A DNA stretch of 63,481 nt, the filler included, from Globobulimina sp. (taxonomy: Eukaryota): assembly GCA_003354225.1 (NCBI GenBank). It is 36 parts of 36 records of this genome, joined end to end, with 100 filler letters (N's around TTAATTAATTAA, not from the genome) between each part and the next. Parts side by side here need not be neighbours in the genome. Positions count along the whole stretch, not along the records: positions 21,205 to 22,871 come from PIVH01013398.1; positions 22,972 to 24,638 come from PIVH01013399.1; positions 24,739 to 26,405 come from PIVH01013400.1; positions 26,506 to 28,172 come from PIVH01013401.1; positions 28,273 to 29,939 come from PIVH01013402.1; positions 30,040 to 31,705 come from PIVH01013403.1; positions 31,806 to 33,471 come from PIVH01013404.1; positions 33,572 to 35,237 come from PIVH01013405.1; 28 more parts are not named here. One strand, given 5' to 3'. Below are positions 22,203 through 34,208 of this stretch, piece after piece. Within the stretch, counting starts at the first letter, position 1. The number at the start of each line of letters is the position of its first letter. The notes beneath the pieces were generated by a model. The model was not told the origin of the DNA, searched no databases, and worked only from the letters and a program-made list of their open reading frames with translations. Position numbers and translations under genes: made by a program.

Positions 22203-22622
22203 ATGGCAACTTTTAAACAAAAATTAGCATCAATCGGCACTCTTTTAATGCCTATTGTTTTGATTGGAATTTTTTTTGGAGCAATAATGGTTCCAGAAAT
22301 GGGCGAGAAAAGCTTTGGTGTTACAATTCCGAGCAATAATAATGAAATGAAATATTATCCTTTTTTATATGCTGCGGGGATCAGAGATGGAGCTTTTGGT
22401 ATTCTTGGATTCATGATTCGTTTTAAATATCCACAAGCTTTGGCAGATTTTTATTTTGCTGTTTTGCTAATCCCTATCGGAGACTTAATGGTTGTCGTAT
22501 ATTACACTGGATCACTCATACACGGAATAGGTCATATTATTGGTGGATTTGGTATCTTTACGTTGATTCTATTGATTAGATCTTGCAACAATAGTAACAC
22601 ACTCAAACTAAAAGCAGTATAA
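22203..22622 (+). CDS. Small 4-TM membrane protein, DUF4267-like
   Basis: Motifs P...FG, GIRD..FG, IPIGD and a His in the last helix. Confidence 0.6.
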   Translation: MATFKQKLASIGTLLMPIVLIGIFFGAIMVPEMGEKSFGVTIPSNNNEMKYYPFLYAAGIRDGAFGILGFMIRFKYPQALADFYFAVLLIPIGDLMVVVYYTGSLIHGIGHIIGGFGIFTLILLIRSCNNSNTLKLKAV

Positions 22623-23113
22623 ATAATGTGTTTGATACATCTCATAATGATATTGGTAATTGACTTATTTAAATGTTACAAAACAAAAAAAAAACAGAAA
22701 AATACATTTTCGTATATTTTTTTTGTCCTTGCACAAGAGTTTTTCACTGAAGGTGCGAATTCTTCAAAACACTAAGAAATCAATTTTTTAAAAAGTATTG
22801 CTGTGAAATACATACATCTAAAATCTGACAAATTGCCTTTTAATTATAAATACAAGTACGGCAAAGTAAGTNNNNNNNNNNNNNNNNNNNNNNNNNNNNN
22901 NNNNNNNNNNNNNNNTTAATTAATTAANNNNNNNNNNNNNNNNNNNNNNNNNNNNNNNNNNNNNNNNNNNNACAAAATGATGATTTCGACGGGCATGATT
23001 TCGATGATAACATCGAAATCGAACTTGACAGTGTTGGATAGTTGCATGTGTCTGCTGTGACAACTTTATGGAAAGACAGGATTGTATTTATCGTATTTAT
23101 CATATGCAATTAT

Positions 23114-24638
23114 TTAAAAATTGTTTGAATGAGAACAACAATGACATTTTTTTTTGTCTTCTGTCATATGATACGATGTAAAACATGTCGATTGTGGTTT
23201 ATTTTTGCGTGAAAACATACTCAATGATTTATTGGATAAAATACCGTCAAATGAATTGTTTGGTGAATCTTTCTTTTCATCGTCAAACTCACTGTTTATA
23301 ATCGACAAATTATTTTTATCTATGGCGCCATACAAATTTCGCTCATTTTGGTTTGGGTTTGGTGCGTTTTTATTACTTTTTAGATTTAATAAACTTTTAA
23401 TTGCATCAAAACTTATTATAGAATGTGTTTGATCGTCAGATTTTTCATCCGTTTCATCGGTTTTATCATCAGAATCATCACTGGATACATCGTCTAGAAA
23501 TTGTTCTCGATATTGATAAACGTTAACATTTTTTTTATGATTTGGAGCTAACAACAATTGTTTTCGAAAATTTTTCGAAGTTCTGGGTTTTATGTTCATT
23601 TCGGCTCTTTGTTTTTTAAATTTTTCATGAATATTTCCGAGTGAAACCACAATTCGCATATCATGTTTTTTATTGGTTACAAATTGAATTAATTTCAAAT
23701 CAAAATATTGCAAATTAATAATGCCCCATTTCACATATTGTGGGGTTTCCTCGTTTTGGGGGTCAGGATTGTGTGACATGTAGCTTTGCCATGAAATATG
23801 ACATAAAAAAATCGCATTTGATAATTGAAAATCGTGTTGGTTTTGTTTGATTTTCTTATTTGTCATAGGTAGATACATAAATGCAACCAAGTATACATAG
23901 ACAGAGACAACAATCAAAGTACTTATGCTTGTTTTGCGTGTATCCACTAAATAAAATGGCGAACCATTAATATAAACATTATAAATCTGGATAATTAAAA
24001 TATACACTATCACTAAAAAAGTGTGGTGCTTGAAATATCGTAATGATAATTGCCGTTCTCGGGTTTGAATATATGGCAATTTATTTAGTTCATGACTCGC
24101 ATTCCATAGCGATTTGAATAACCAAACAATGAAACACAAACAACAAAAGAACCATATAATACCGCTTAAGGTGATTAAGTAAAGTGAAGTCATGCAGACA
24201 TGTTGGGAACTAAAGTAAAAACGTCAAGGAAAAACATTATCTTTCAGTTTCCAGCATTTCTGCACCATGACAACAAACAGGAGACAGAGGCATACCTTAA
24301 TAGCACCGTGATAAACAATGTCGAGTTGAAATTATTTTGAAAATAACTGTTATAACTTTCATTTTGCGAATTATTTTGAATCATAAACTGCGTACAACAT
24401 ATAAATGTGATCGCAGATGAATAGCTAATAAATATTGCAATTAATTTGCCTCTATAAAATTTACAACCAAATGTGACCCCCACATCAATTAAATTTTTGA
24501 TTTCTCGAATACTGTCAATCATTAACGACCAATAAATCATAAATAAATTCACCGAAGTCGCAAAAAATACCGACGACACTAAAATATATGTTTCCACATA
24601 ATCATTAAATGCGAGTATACCAATTGTCAATGGATCTT
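23114..24638 (-). CDS. Multi-pass membrane protein with a soluble C-terminal region, partial, at least 1 intron
   Basis: Intron 24210-24295 (GTATGC...TTTAG) joins ORFs 24244-24630 and 23114-24193 in frame. Several TM helices. 3' end unclear. Confidence 0.6.
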
Positions 24639-24738
24639 NNNNNNNNNNNNNNNNNNNNNNNNNNNNNNNNNNNNNNNNNNNNTTAATTAATTAANNNNNN
24701 NNNNNNNNNNNNNNNNNNNNNNNNNNNNNNNNNNNNNN

Positions 24739-26405
24739 TTATTTAATAAGTGCTGGCATACTATGTATGAAAGTGAGTTTAGTTTACTTGTTTTAGTTTT
24801 TGTGAAGAAACATAGCTTCATTAGATCTATTCTATTACTTATTGATAGTAGGCAATTTACCGCTAGTATTGTTTTGTAGTCTGTTTCTTTTGGCAGTTTT
24901 AGGAGTTTTTTTAACGCATTTTCTTGTGCATATTCTAGTTTTTTCCGCTCAGGGTTATTATAATTAATTATGGCTGCTCCATAGTCAATCTGTGATCTTA
25001 TCACTGTTTTATATATCAGTAACCTATGTTTTTGGTTTAGATTTTTTTCATCACAGTAGTGTTGCATCACTGCTAAATTGCTATAAAATTTTTTGGTTAT
25101 ATGTTTGTAGTATCGATCAACATCTATTCCTGTTTTCGTTATGGGTATTCCTAAATATTTATAATATTTTTGATCAGTCTCTTTAAGGTTTTTTCCTTGT
25201 ATTTTCATTTGTATTTTTATTTCAGGTTGTGTTGTTAAGGTATTTGATTTTTTTGGGTTAAAGTGTAGGTCCCATTTGTTTGCCCAGGTTGAGCATATGT
25301 TTAGTAGGGTTTCTAAATTTTTTTCGTTTGTGGTTGCTATACATATGTCATCTGCAAACAATAAGTTGTTAATTAATAAATTTCCTATTTTTGCTCCAGT
25401 TACATTTTCTGTTTGGTTCAGTTCTTTTATTAGGTCATTGATAAAGTAGTTAAATAGGATTGGACTGGATAGGGCTCCTTGGTGGACTCCTCTGTATGTT
25501 CTAAATGGGGGGCTTATTTTATTACTTGCTCTAGTTACACTATATGTGTCAGTATACCTTGCATCTATTAGGTTTATTATGTTTGGGGCAATTTTATATG
25601 ATTTTAGCTTATGTAGCAATGTCTTCCTATTTACTGAGTCATAAGCTTTTTTTAAATCTAAGAATGCACAGTATAGTTGTTTGTTGTTATAGAAGAGGTT
25701 TTGTAAGATGAACAGATGTTCCATTGTACCTTCCTTTTTCTTAAATCCTCCTTGGTTTAGAAATATTATGCTATTTTGGTCATTATGTTCTTCTAAGTAT
25801 GTTTTTATTTGTCCATCTAGTATCTTGTACATACTGTTTTGCAGCGCTAGTGGTCTATAGCTTTTTGGGTCTTGTTTTTTTACTTTGCTTGCACTACAGG
25901 TATATTTTGGTATCGGTGATTTGATATCAATTTTTAGTATCCATGGTATTATATTATATGCTGTTAGTGTGTCAAACCAGTTTTTTAACATTTTGGTGAT
26001 TATTGTGTCTCCCCATTTATAAAATCTCATTGGTAGTGCTGTTATCCCTGGAGTTTTTCCTTTTTTTAGATGTTTTATTGTGGCTAATATTGTTTTTTCA
26101 TTTATTGTTTCTATGTTATTGTGGTGCATGTAGTTAGTATTATTTCTTACTGGGTTGTCTGGGTTATCTGCAGGCTTGCTCATGAGCACTTCACCCAAGA
26201 ATTTTGAGTATGCCATTTCTGTGTTTCTACAATTACCATCTCTATTTTTTAGTTGGTCTGGTAGTGGGTTTTTGTTAATTTTCTTAGCTTTAGTATATTT
26301 TTTAAACATTGTGTTAATCGTATCTGGTGTGTGATTTTTCCATCTTTCCGTGGTTTGTTCATTACTTATTTGTGTTATTCTTTCCGTTAGTTCTGTTAGC
26401 ATGTT
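24739..26405 (-). mobile_element. Non-LTR (LINE-type) retrotransposon reverse transcriptase, open across the whole contig
   Basis: KTPG, YRPLAL, QGGF, FLDLKKAYDSV, GVHQGALSSPILF, LFADD, FNPKKS and YKYLG. Confidence 0.95.
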
Positions 26406-26564
26406 NNNNNNNNNNNNNNNNNNNNNNNNNNNNNNNNNNNNNNNNNNNNTTAATTAATTAANNNNNNNNNNNNNNNNNNNNNNNNNNNNNNNNNNNNNNN
26501 NNNNNAGCTACCCATGGACTTTATGCAAACCATTCATCAAAGCATGTGTTTACACAGTCCATTA

Positions 26565-27055
26565 TCATTCGCATAGAATGGACGAACAGAAAGGGCAATA
26601 TGTGTTAAAAAATTGCCCGCGGTGAAAACAACAATTGGATGTAACTATATTGTCTGTTAAATCATAATCAAATAATATTGGAAAAGCATACCATATCATT
26701 GAATATATATTTATTGCCCAAGTAATTAAACCAAATGTAATTTTTAATTTAAACTGAAATGGCGACAGCTTGAATTCCTCACATTTCTGATATGCACAGC
26801 TTTCCTCATTTTTACATAAACAATACATCTGTAAATGGATATTATCGGTATATATATAATGAAAATAAATCAATGGAAGTTGGTACAAATTAAAATTACA
26901 AAACTATAATCCAAATATTTCTCTTGCGTTTCCAACAAACGTGGAGGATAATGTTTGATTTTTGTTCTGCTGTTCGTGTAATTGATTATCAAATATATTT
27001 TTAAAAATAAGATTGTAATGAGCACAGATGTAAAAATAAGATTGTAATCGTACAT
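26565..27055 (-). pseudogene. Membrane protein gene with a single-base frame break near 26888
   Basis: Hydrophobic ORF 26870-27055 continues in the -1 frame (ILI-LYQLPLIY) if one T is added to a T run. Confidence 0.4.
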
Positions 27056-27082
27056 TTTGATACAAAACTTCCATTTCTTATG

Positions 27083-28172
27083 TTATTTAGATGTTGGTGA
27101 CTTTGCCATAACATGCGATTGTATATCTTGTGTCAATATGTATGTATACGCAGCATCATTGTAATCGCTTTTAATTGTATTATTATCATTATTCTCCGAA
27201 TTACTACTCTCTAAAAAACATTTCATTTGTTGCCAATATGGATCATTTTGTTTCTCTTTAACATTAAATTCATATTCAATCTCTTTACAATCAACATTCC
27301 GATCACCAGAAGATTCTCTTACTCTCAAATAACAAATATCATGATACGGATTACTTAAATTCATTGCAATTCCATCGCCCCACAAATCAATATAACTCTC
27401 ATATTGCTTTCCATGCAGATGGATGCCATGCGATAATGAGATAACTGCTCCTTTACTGCTCTTCCAATTGGCACAAGTTATAATTTGATTCACAAATCCA
27501 TCCTCAATCTCATGCAACTTCACATCTTCATGCATCATATTCCACCCATTACCAGTTTCGCCGCCAAAATACACAGCATTTGCATGTAAAGTGTCAGTAT
27601 GACATTCGCCACATAAATATCTGGCAATATCAACAAAATGTGTGGCTTGTTCTACTATTGGACCTCCGCTTTGCTTTTGATCAAAAAAGAATTGTTTATT
27701 GATATGTGGATAGGCACACTCATATCTCATATTTAAATGCAAAATGCGTCTATCACCTAAAATCTCTCTCATTTTTTCTATAGCTGTGAGGTATCGAAAC
27801 ATATAACTAACACATATTATGGCATTACGATCAGGAAAGCGTTTTGATTTTATCTGTAGGTGTCAAGCATCACTGCTTTAATTGTTCACTTTTACTGTGT
27901 ACTTTAGTGATTTCCGAGTATATACTCACAAAAAGTTAAGAACCACCACAATGACAGCAATCTTACAAAATTAATTGTGCGCTTCTTAACTTTTTGATGA
28001 AATACATGTACACTGATTTAACACAGTAAAAATAAACAAATCTATCTATTTAACCTTAGTTTGTGCATCATTCAATTCGATTGCATATCTGATGAAATCT
28101 TGTGGGTCATCCATTGACAAAGGTTTTTCAACCAAGATATCATATCCTTTTTGAATGCATTTTAATTCCATG
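27083..28172 (-). CDS. Gfo/Idh/MocA family oxidoreductase, 5'-partial, 1 intron
   Basis: ILVEKPLS in the upstream exon, then SYMFRY and SGGPIVEQATHFVD. Intron 27854-28054 (GTTAAA...TACAG) restores the frame. Confidence 0.85.
27890..28031. mobile_element. Degenerate inverted-repeat (hairpin) element inside the intron
   Basis: Nested complementary pairs TTTTACTGTGT/ACACAGTAAAA, CAAAAAGTTAAGAA/TTCTTAACTTTTTG and CACAAT/ATTGTG. Confidence 0.65.
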
Positions 28173-28272
28173 NNNNNNNNNNNNNNNNNNNNNNNNNNNN
28201 NNNNNNNNNNNNNNNNTTAATTAATTAANNNNNNNNNNNNNNNNNNNNNNNNNNNNNNNNNNNNNNNNNNNN

Positions 28273-29917
28273 TCATTTGGTTTCCCGCAGAAAACTCATT
28301 TAATTCTGTTTTATCATCCTGATAACAGGCATTTTGATAATATTTGCTTAATTCATTTCTTCCTTTTTCTGTTCCTTGATAATAATTCTGCCATTCTTCC
28401 ATATATTCTAAATGATCCAAAAGACCACAGGCCTTTATTAATGGTCCCATATCAACAGAAATTAATCCTATTTGTGCACCATGAACAACAATCGAATCAC
28501 ATGTGGCAGTTAAACCGTTATCACATTTAAGTTTACGACATAATTTTAATAATCTTAAACGAGTGGCTCCAAATCCATAACACATTCCATATTTTACAAT
28601 TGCAGCTTGTTCATTCTTCGAAAATGTTGAAGAATGTTTAACTTTTAATCCCTTAGTTTCTGGATTAATAAAACATGCTTTATTTGCATTTAATAATATC
28701 CCTTTACATATTATTTCGACACTGTCAACATATTCTCCTGTAAATATATATTTTTGTGCACATCCATTCCAACAATAATAATAAAAAATATGCGATATCG
28801 GATTTTGAATGGCAATTAAATGATAAATATGTCCGAGCACACCACATAAATCGCATTGATATCCATAAAATTCCAAATCAATATTTCGATCACATTCTAA
28901 ATAACATTTGGGTGTTTTTTGATATTTCCGATGTAAATATAACGTTTGTTGATTACCAATTTTATCATTTTTTTGTTTTTTTAATTCAAATTCGTCATAA
29001 CATAATTGAACACCATTTATTTGACATAATTTATGATCTAAATCTATAACACCATCTCCAAACGGCGTATTATTAAAACATTTGGATAAAAAATCATTGA
29101 CAAAACATTTTCCATCGGAATGTGCATCATTTACGAATACATTTTCTTTTTTAATATTTATAATATTATTTGCATAATAGACAGTTTTGTCAAAAACGAT
29201 TTTATTTTCTTTTAAAATCTCATAAATAATATCTTTTTTGTTTGGAGTGCTTAATTTTGGTAAAGGTGCGTTTTTTATGTCTGTAATCATAAAAAATTGT
29301 GGATTATTTTGATAATTGTTATTATTATTATCATTATTTGCATATTGTTCATTTTCATATTCATAATTTGGCTCCAATTGATTTTGTTGAAAATCATTAT
29401 TTTGTTCCAATTTAAAAGCATTATTTAAAATGTCACTAAATTTTAATAATTTTACATTACTAAAATTATGTTTTTCCGCGTTGATAAATAATTGTCTTTT
29501 ACAAATAATATGATAATTAATAATACTGACATCAAATTGTAGCACATGTTCATATAAATCAAAGCCGAAATTATTCAAATATTTATTCGCTAAAATATAA
29601 ACATTATCTTTTTTAATTCGTAATTCTTTTTCTTGTTTATTTGATTTTTGTTCTTGTTGTTTTTCTTCATTATCTGATTCTAATTGTTGTGTTTCATCAT
29701 AATATTCTTGACAAACGAAAGCAAATTGTTTAATGGATTTAATTGTTTCAATTATAAATTTCTCGAATTCTTTTTTTTTTTCATATTTTTCATCTCTTTT
29801 TTTTTTACCTAGAAATTTACGGAAATATTCTTTTGTTTTAGTTTTGGCGCTCAAATTCTCCCAAAGGGATAAAATTGATACTCTCTGCCTAAAAAAGCGA
29901 ACACTTGACTCTCCCAA
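28273..29917 (-). CDS. Hypothetical protein, very AT-rich and intronless, with a Cys/His cluster
   Basis: Open frame of more than 540 codons. Cluster CYLEC...CDLC...H...CWNGC. No family recognised. Confidence 0.55.
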
Positions 29918-30043
29918 AGGGATAAAATCAATTATATTTNNNNNNNNNNNNNNNNNNNNNNNNNNNNNNNNNNNNNNNNNNNNTTAATTAATTAANNNNN
30001 NNNNNNNNNNNNNNNNNNNNNNNNNNNNNNNNNNNNNNNCTCG

Positions 30044-30185
30044 CGCCACATATATGTGGCGTTATAGGCACTTACGCCACATATATGTGGCGTTAGACAC
30101 AGCTGCGCCACATATATGTGGCGTTATTGGCACTCGCGCCACATATATGTGGCGTTATTGGCACTCGCGCCACAAATATGTGGAG
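30044..30185. repeat. Array of an 18-bp perfect palindrome CGCCACATATATGTGGCG with 13-bp variable linkers (31-bp period, 5 copies, truncated at contig start)
   Basis: Copies at 30044, 30075, 30106, 30137 and a degenerate one at 30168. Confidence 0.95.
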
Positions 30186-30224
30186 GAAGATGGAATCGAA
30201 GTAGATTTTAGCAATAAATAGTAA

Positions 30225-30445
30225 GGTATTATGAGAAAAAGTATGGTTTTATGAGAAAAAGATACAGTTTTGTAACAAAATTTCATGTGTTTTACAAGAA
30301 AAGTAGGGTTTTATGAGAAAAGTATGGATTTATGAGAAAAAGATACAGTTTTGTAACAAATTTCATGTGTTTTACAAGAAAAAGTATGGTTTTATGCGAA
30401 AAAGATATAGTTTTGTAACAAATTTCATGTGTTTTACACAAGAAA
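30225..30445. repeat. Degenerate tandem repeat of about 60-80 bp built from 20-bp subunits (about 3 copies)
   Basis: GTATGGTTTTATGAGAAAAAGATACAGTTTTGTAACAAATTTCATGTGTTTTACA recurs and decays rightwards. Confidence 0.85.
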
Positions 30446-31805
30446 CTCTACATTTTTGGTAAAATAACAACAGTTTTGCATTAAATAATCGATATTTTGT
30501 GAAAAGTACCTCAACTTTGTGAATATTTCTGTAATTTTGCAAGAAAAATATAAACTTTTTGTAAAATATCAAGTGTTTTTGCATAAAGTAATCAATATTT
30601 AGTGTAATATATCAAATTTTTTTCTAGGTTTCAGTATTTTGACATATTTTGCATGAAAACTTTAGCGCTTTGGTGAAATATCCATGGTTTTTGAGTAACA
30701 TCATCAACATTTTATGTAAAATATCGAAGAATTGCAAAGATTTTCGGATTTTTAGGAAGAACAGTTAACCTTTTGGAGGAATATTGTTGTATTTTACAAA
30801 GGAATTGGTATTTTTACATCCGTACATCCATTTTAAATGAGGCAACGACCAAAACCTAGACTGTTTTCACTCCGTTACCAGAGGAACCAGTGAAAGAACA
30901 TGTAATGCAATCTGTAATCGAACCAAAAGCAATGCAGAAAACACAAAAACTGCCAAGTAAATGGATAAAATGGTCAGACCATGAAGAAAAAGAAGTAAAG
31001 GTCAAGAAAAACAAAAACAATAATGCCATTAAACCTAAAAGCAGCTGAAATTAAGCAGAATGATGACGATAGTGACTCTTCTGATGAAGACGTTTATACA
31101 AAATTTGGCATCCGTCCTCAAAACAAAGCAAAACTAAAGCGCTTTACGGCTTTGGAATAAGACTAAAAATGGGTATTTTGATCTGTGTATAGGATATGTA
31201 TCATTTGTACAGAATGTATTATGTAATTATTATGTAACACCTTTGTATATTATGTAACACTACACTGATGTATAAAGGAAATTTTGTTGTACACTGAATA
31301 AAATATTTAATCACAGCCCCATTAATGCACTTAACGTACCAATAAACATAAGCTGCCTAAACAAACAGATGGCGTTCTTTTGTTTACCCTTGGTATTAGA
31401 GCAGGTGTTTTGCGGCCAATTCAAAATGCACCACACTATGGTTCAAAACAAATCGAGACCTGTTAGTGTTTGGTTTGTCTTGGTGAGGTGAGGTGGAGGT
31501 CTACTGTGAGAATATTATAATTATGGAAAGATTAACTGTTTGTTTCTGTAGTTTATTCCAACTTAGCTGTCTAAACTTGCACCATACTGTGGTACACGCT
31601 ATCTAACTGTGGACAATGTGGTGCAGTACAGGACAACTAACTGGACAACTATTGTGCCTCGCCGTGTTGATGGACATGGTAAGAACTTTAAATAATAATT
31701 TGGCGNNNNNNNNNNNNNNNNNNNNNNNNNNNNNNNNNNNNNNNNNNNNTTAATTAATTAANNNNNNNNNNNNNNNNNNNNNNNNNNNNNNNNNNNNNNN
31801 NNNNN

Positions 31806-31922
31806 ACCGAAGCATATATGGTGTCAATGTTTGAAGATACCAATTTGGCCGCTATCCACGCCAAACGCGTTACTATTATGGGAAAAGATATTGCTTTGGC
31901 GAAACGATTAAGAGGAAACTAA
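31806..31922 (+). CDS. H3: Histone H3 family protein, C-terminal end (not in ORF track)
   Basis: Translates to [38 protein letters not shown]. Confidence 0.93.
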   Translation, partial: TEAYMVSMFEDTNLAAIHAKRVTIMGKDIALAKRLRGN

Positions 31923-31974
31923 ATCAATTTAAATATTTGTAAATATTAAATTCTATTCTTTTTATTTTTTACCA

Positions 31975-31990
31975 GGTGTTTTTCAACACC
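31975..31990 (+). promoter_or_regulatory. Histone mRNA 3' stem-loop
   Basis: ACCA-GGTGTT-TTTC-AACACC-ACCA: 6-bp stem starting GG, 4-nt U-rich loop, A/C-rich flanks, 52 nt after the H3 stop. Confidence 0.85.
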
Positions 31991-32307
31991 ACCAAACTAT
32001 ATATTGCTAAGTTCTTGACACTGTGGTACTTCAGAGGGAATCATGTAAGTCGATGGTTTAATCCTGCATTCGATGGTGATGTTTATTTTAAGATTTATTT
32101 CGCAAAATATAGAGGATTAATATAATGGACACAATATTTCGTTTTTAACTTGCACATATTGCATTAAGCGAAACCATAGCAAATGGCTTTTTTTCAAGTG
32201 TTTGTGATCCAGAGCATGCATACATATGTCCATTTTCCTAAATCAATTCCATATTTAGTTTGTTTGGTGTGTTTAATAGCGAATCCATCGAAAAATTTAG
32301 TTCTAGC

Positions 32308-33229
32308 ACCATCTCCTGTGTATTAAACCAATGCATTAAGCAATGTACAGATGGAAATCAATTTATAACAGAAACACTTACATTGACATACTTTAAACCA
32401 TAAAATAAAGATGTCCTAATACCATTGCATCCCTTTATACATTAGCTTTGGTTGAACGACTTTGTTGGCCTTGCTTGTGCCATGAAAAAAACAAACATTT
32501 ACACATTTTGTGTACAATCGTACATCGTGACCATGTCTACCAGGTGCAAGTATACATACAAAAAATGCAGCATTTATGGGCATATGATATAATTTATTAT
32601 TTTGAATAAAATATCCTTGCAAAAAGAAGTCATTACACAACATATACAGCTCATATCGCAACCAATAATATATGATTGATGTCTAATATATTATCATGCA
32701 CTTTTTCCTTTTCTTTTGTGCTTTTCTTTTGTGCCAAACCATACTTTTTCAACTTTTCACTCCATTTATCAATCCACATAAAAAAACAATATCAAAATAA
32801 TCACAAATATCAATCAATACCATATAAAATAACAACCAATGCATGACGCAATTCCTCCATGATTTTGTATTAAACCAATTAATGTCCATTTGTAATACTA
32901 TGTGTTGACATGCAATTAGAAATTGATTCAGACATTTATCCATTTCACGACAGACCTGGTAGACATGGTCACGATGTACGATTGTACACAAAATGTGTAA
33001 ATGTTTGTTTTTTTCAACAGAAAACACAAAAAAGCTCGTTTCAAGTAAGAAATCATGTCACAAGCAAGGCCAACAAAGTCGTTCAACCAAAGCTAATGTA
33101 AAGGGATGCAATGGTATTAGGACATCCTTATTTTATGGTTTAAAGTATGTCAATGTTAAGTGTTTCTGTTATAAATTGATTTCCATCTGTACATTGCTTA
33201 ATGCATTGGTTTAATACACAGGAGATGGT
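32308..33229. mobile_element. Large foldback / inverted-repeat element
   Basis: 32308-32545 is the near-identical reverse complement of 32954-33229 (one indel of about 38 bp, few substitutions). Patchy complementarity extends out to about 32060 and 33440. Confidence 0.8.
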
Positions 33230-34208
33230 CATAGGACAAAAGTTTTCGAGGGATTATCTATCGAACACATCAAACTATCTATTATAAAATATGGAATTGA
33301 TTTGGAAAACTAAAATTTTATGAAACCCTTTACACATCCAAATATCAATGCTAATTATAAATTGTTTCTTGAAGATTACCATCTCATTTCGCTCTCATGC
33401 AATATGTGCAAGGATTAATATTACACATTAAACAGGGATTAAGTGTAAGTAACTTCAATTTTACAGGAAATNNNNNNNNNNNNNNNNNNNNNNNNNNNNN
33501 NNNNNNNNNNNNNNNTTAATTAATTAANNNNNNNNNNNNNNNNNNNNNNNNNNNNNNNNNNNNNNNNNNNNATGGTATGGGATTAATATTTGCATCTGCA
33601 TTGCTGACTAGCTAGTGCACTTAAAAAAGTTTTTTTAACTGAACTAGTCATCAATTTAGTGGTTGGTAAACAATATAAAACCGTATACACAAACGCAAAA
33701 ACACACAAACACCGAAAACAGAGAGTTATCGAGCGGTTCTTTGGTCTGAATTCGCATTATTTCTCACAGGATGTCTCATCGCCTTTGTATTTTGGTCAGG
33801 GAACAAATGTTATACATTAACACAGCAAATAAACCAGCAACGCCAACAATTCGCAGCGATTACAAACCCTCGCAATTTCAATTAAAAATGATATTAAATC
33901 ATAAAAATAACTGAAGTTTAAACGTTATATAATAATTTCCGTTTATTCCCACCCAGACGAACTAAAACGCGCGAACAAAAAACACAAACCGAGTGACAAA
34001 AAAAAATCTCAAAATCGACAAGAAAAATCATAGAAATTCATAATTTTTTGTTGAGATTGAAAAGTGTTGTTGTTTTTTTGTCAAATTAATTAATAATTAC
34101 TAAAATAATTTTAATTAATCTAGAAACTGTCAGCTATTATAACAATATGTCAATTATAACAATGTGAATATAAAATTTGTGTAATGCTATAATTAAAATT
34201 TAGTTATT

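Noticed and set aside
29857-29928. Two 19-bp repeats with a 34-bp spacer as a mini-CRISPR
   Set aside because: Only two short copies at a contig end, with no leader or cas context.
30044-30185. CRISPR array call
   Set aside because: Repeat (18 bp) and linkers (13 bp) are too short, the linkers are related or identical, and no cas genes are present. Kept as a repeat.
32416-33214. Mutually similar short ORFs on opposite strands
   Set aside because: By-products of the inverted repeat, with differing frames and no coding signal.
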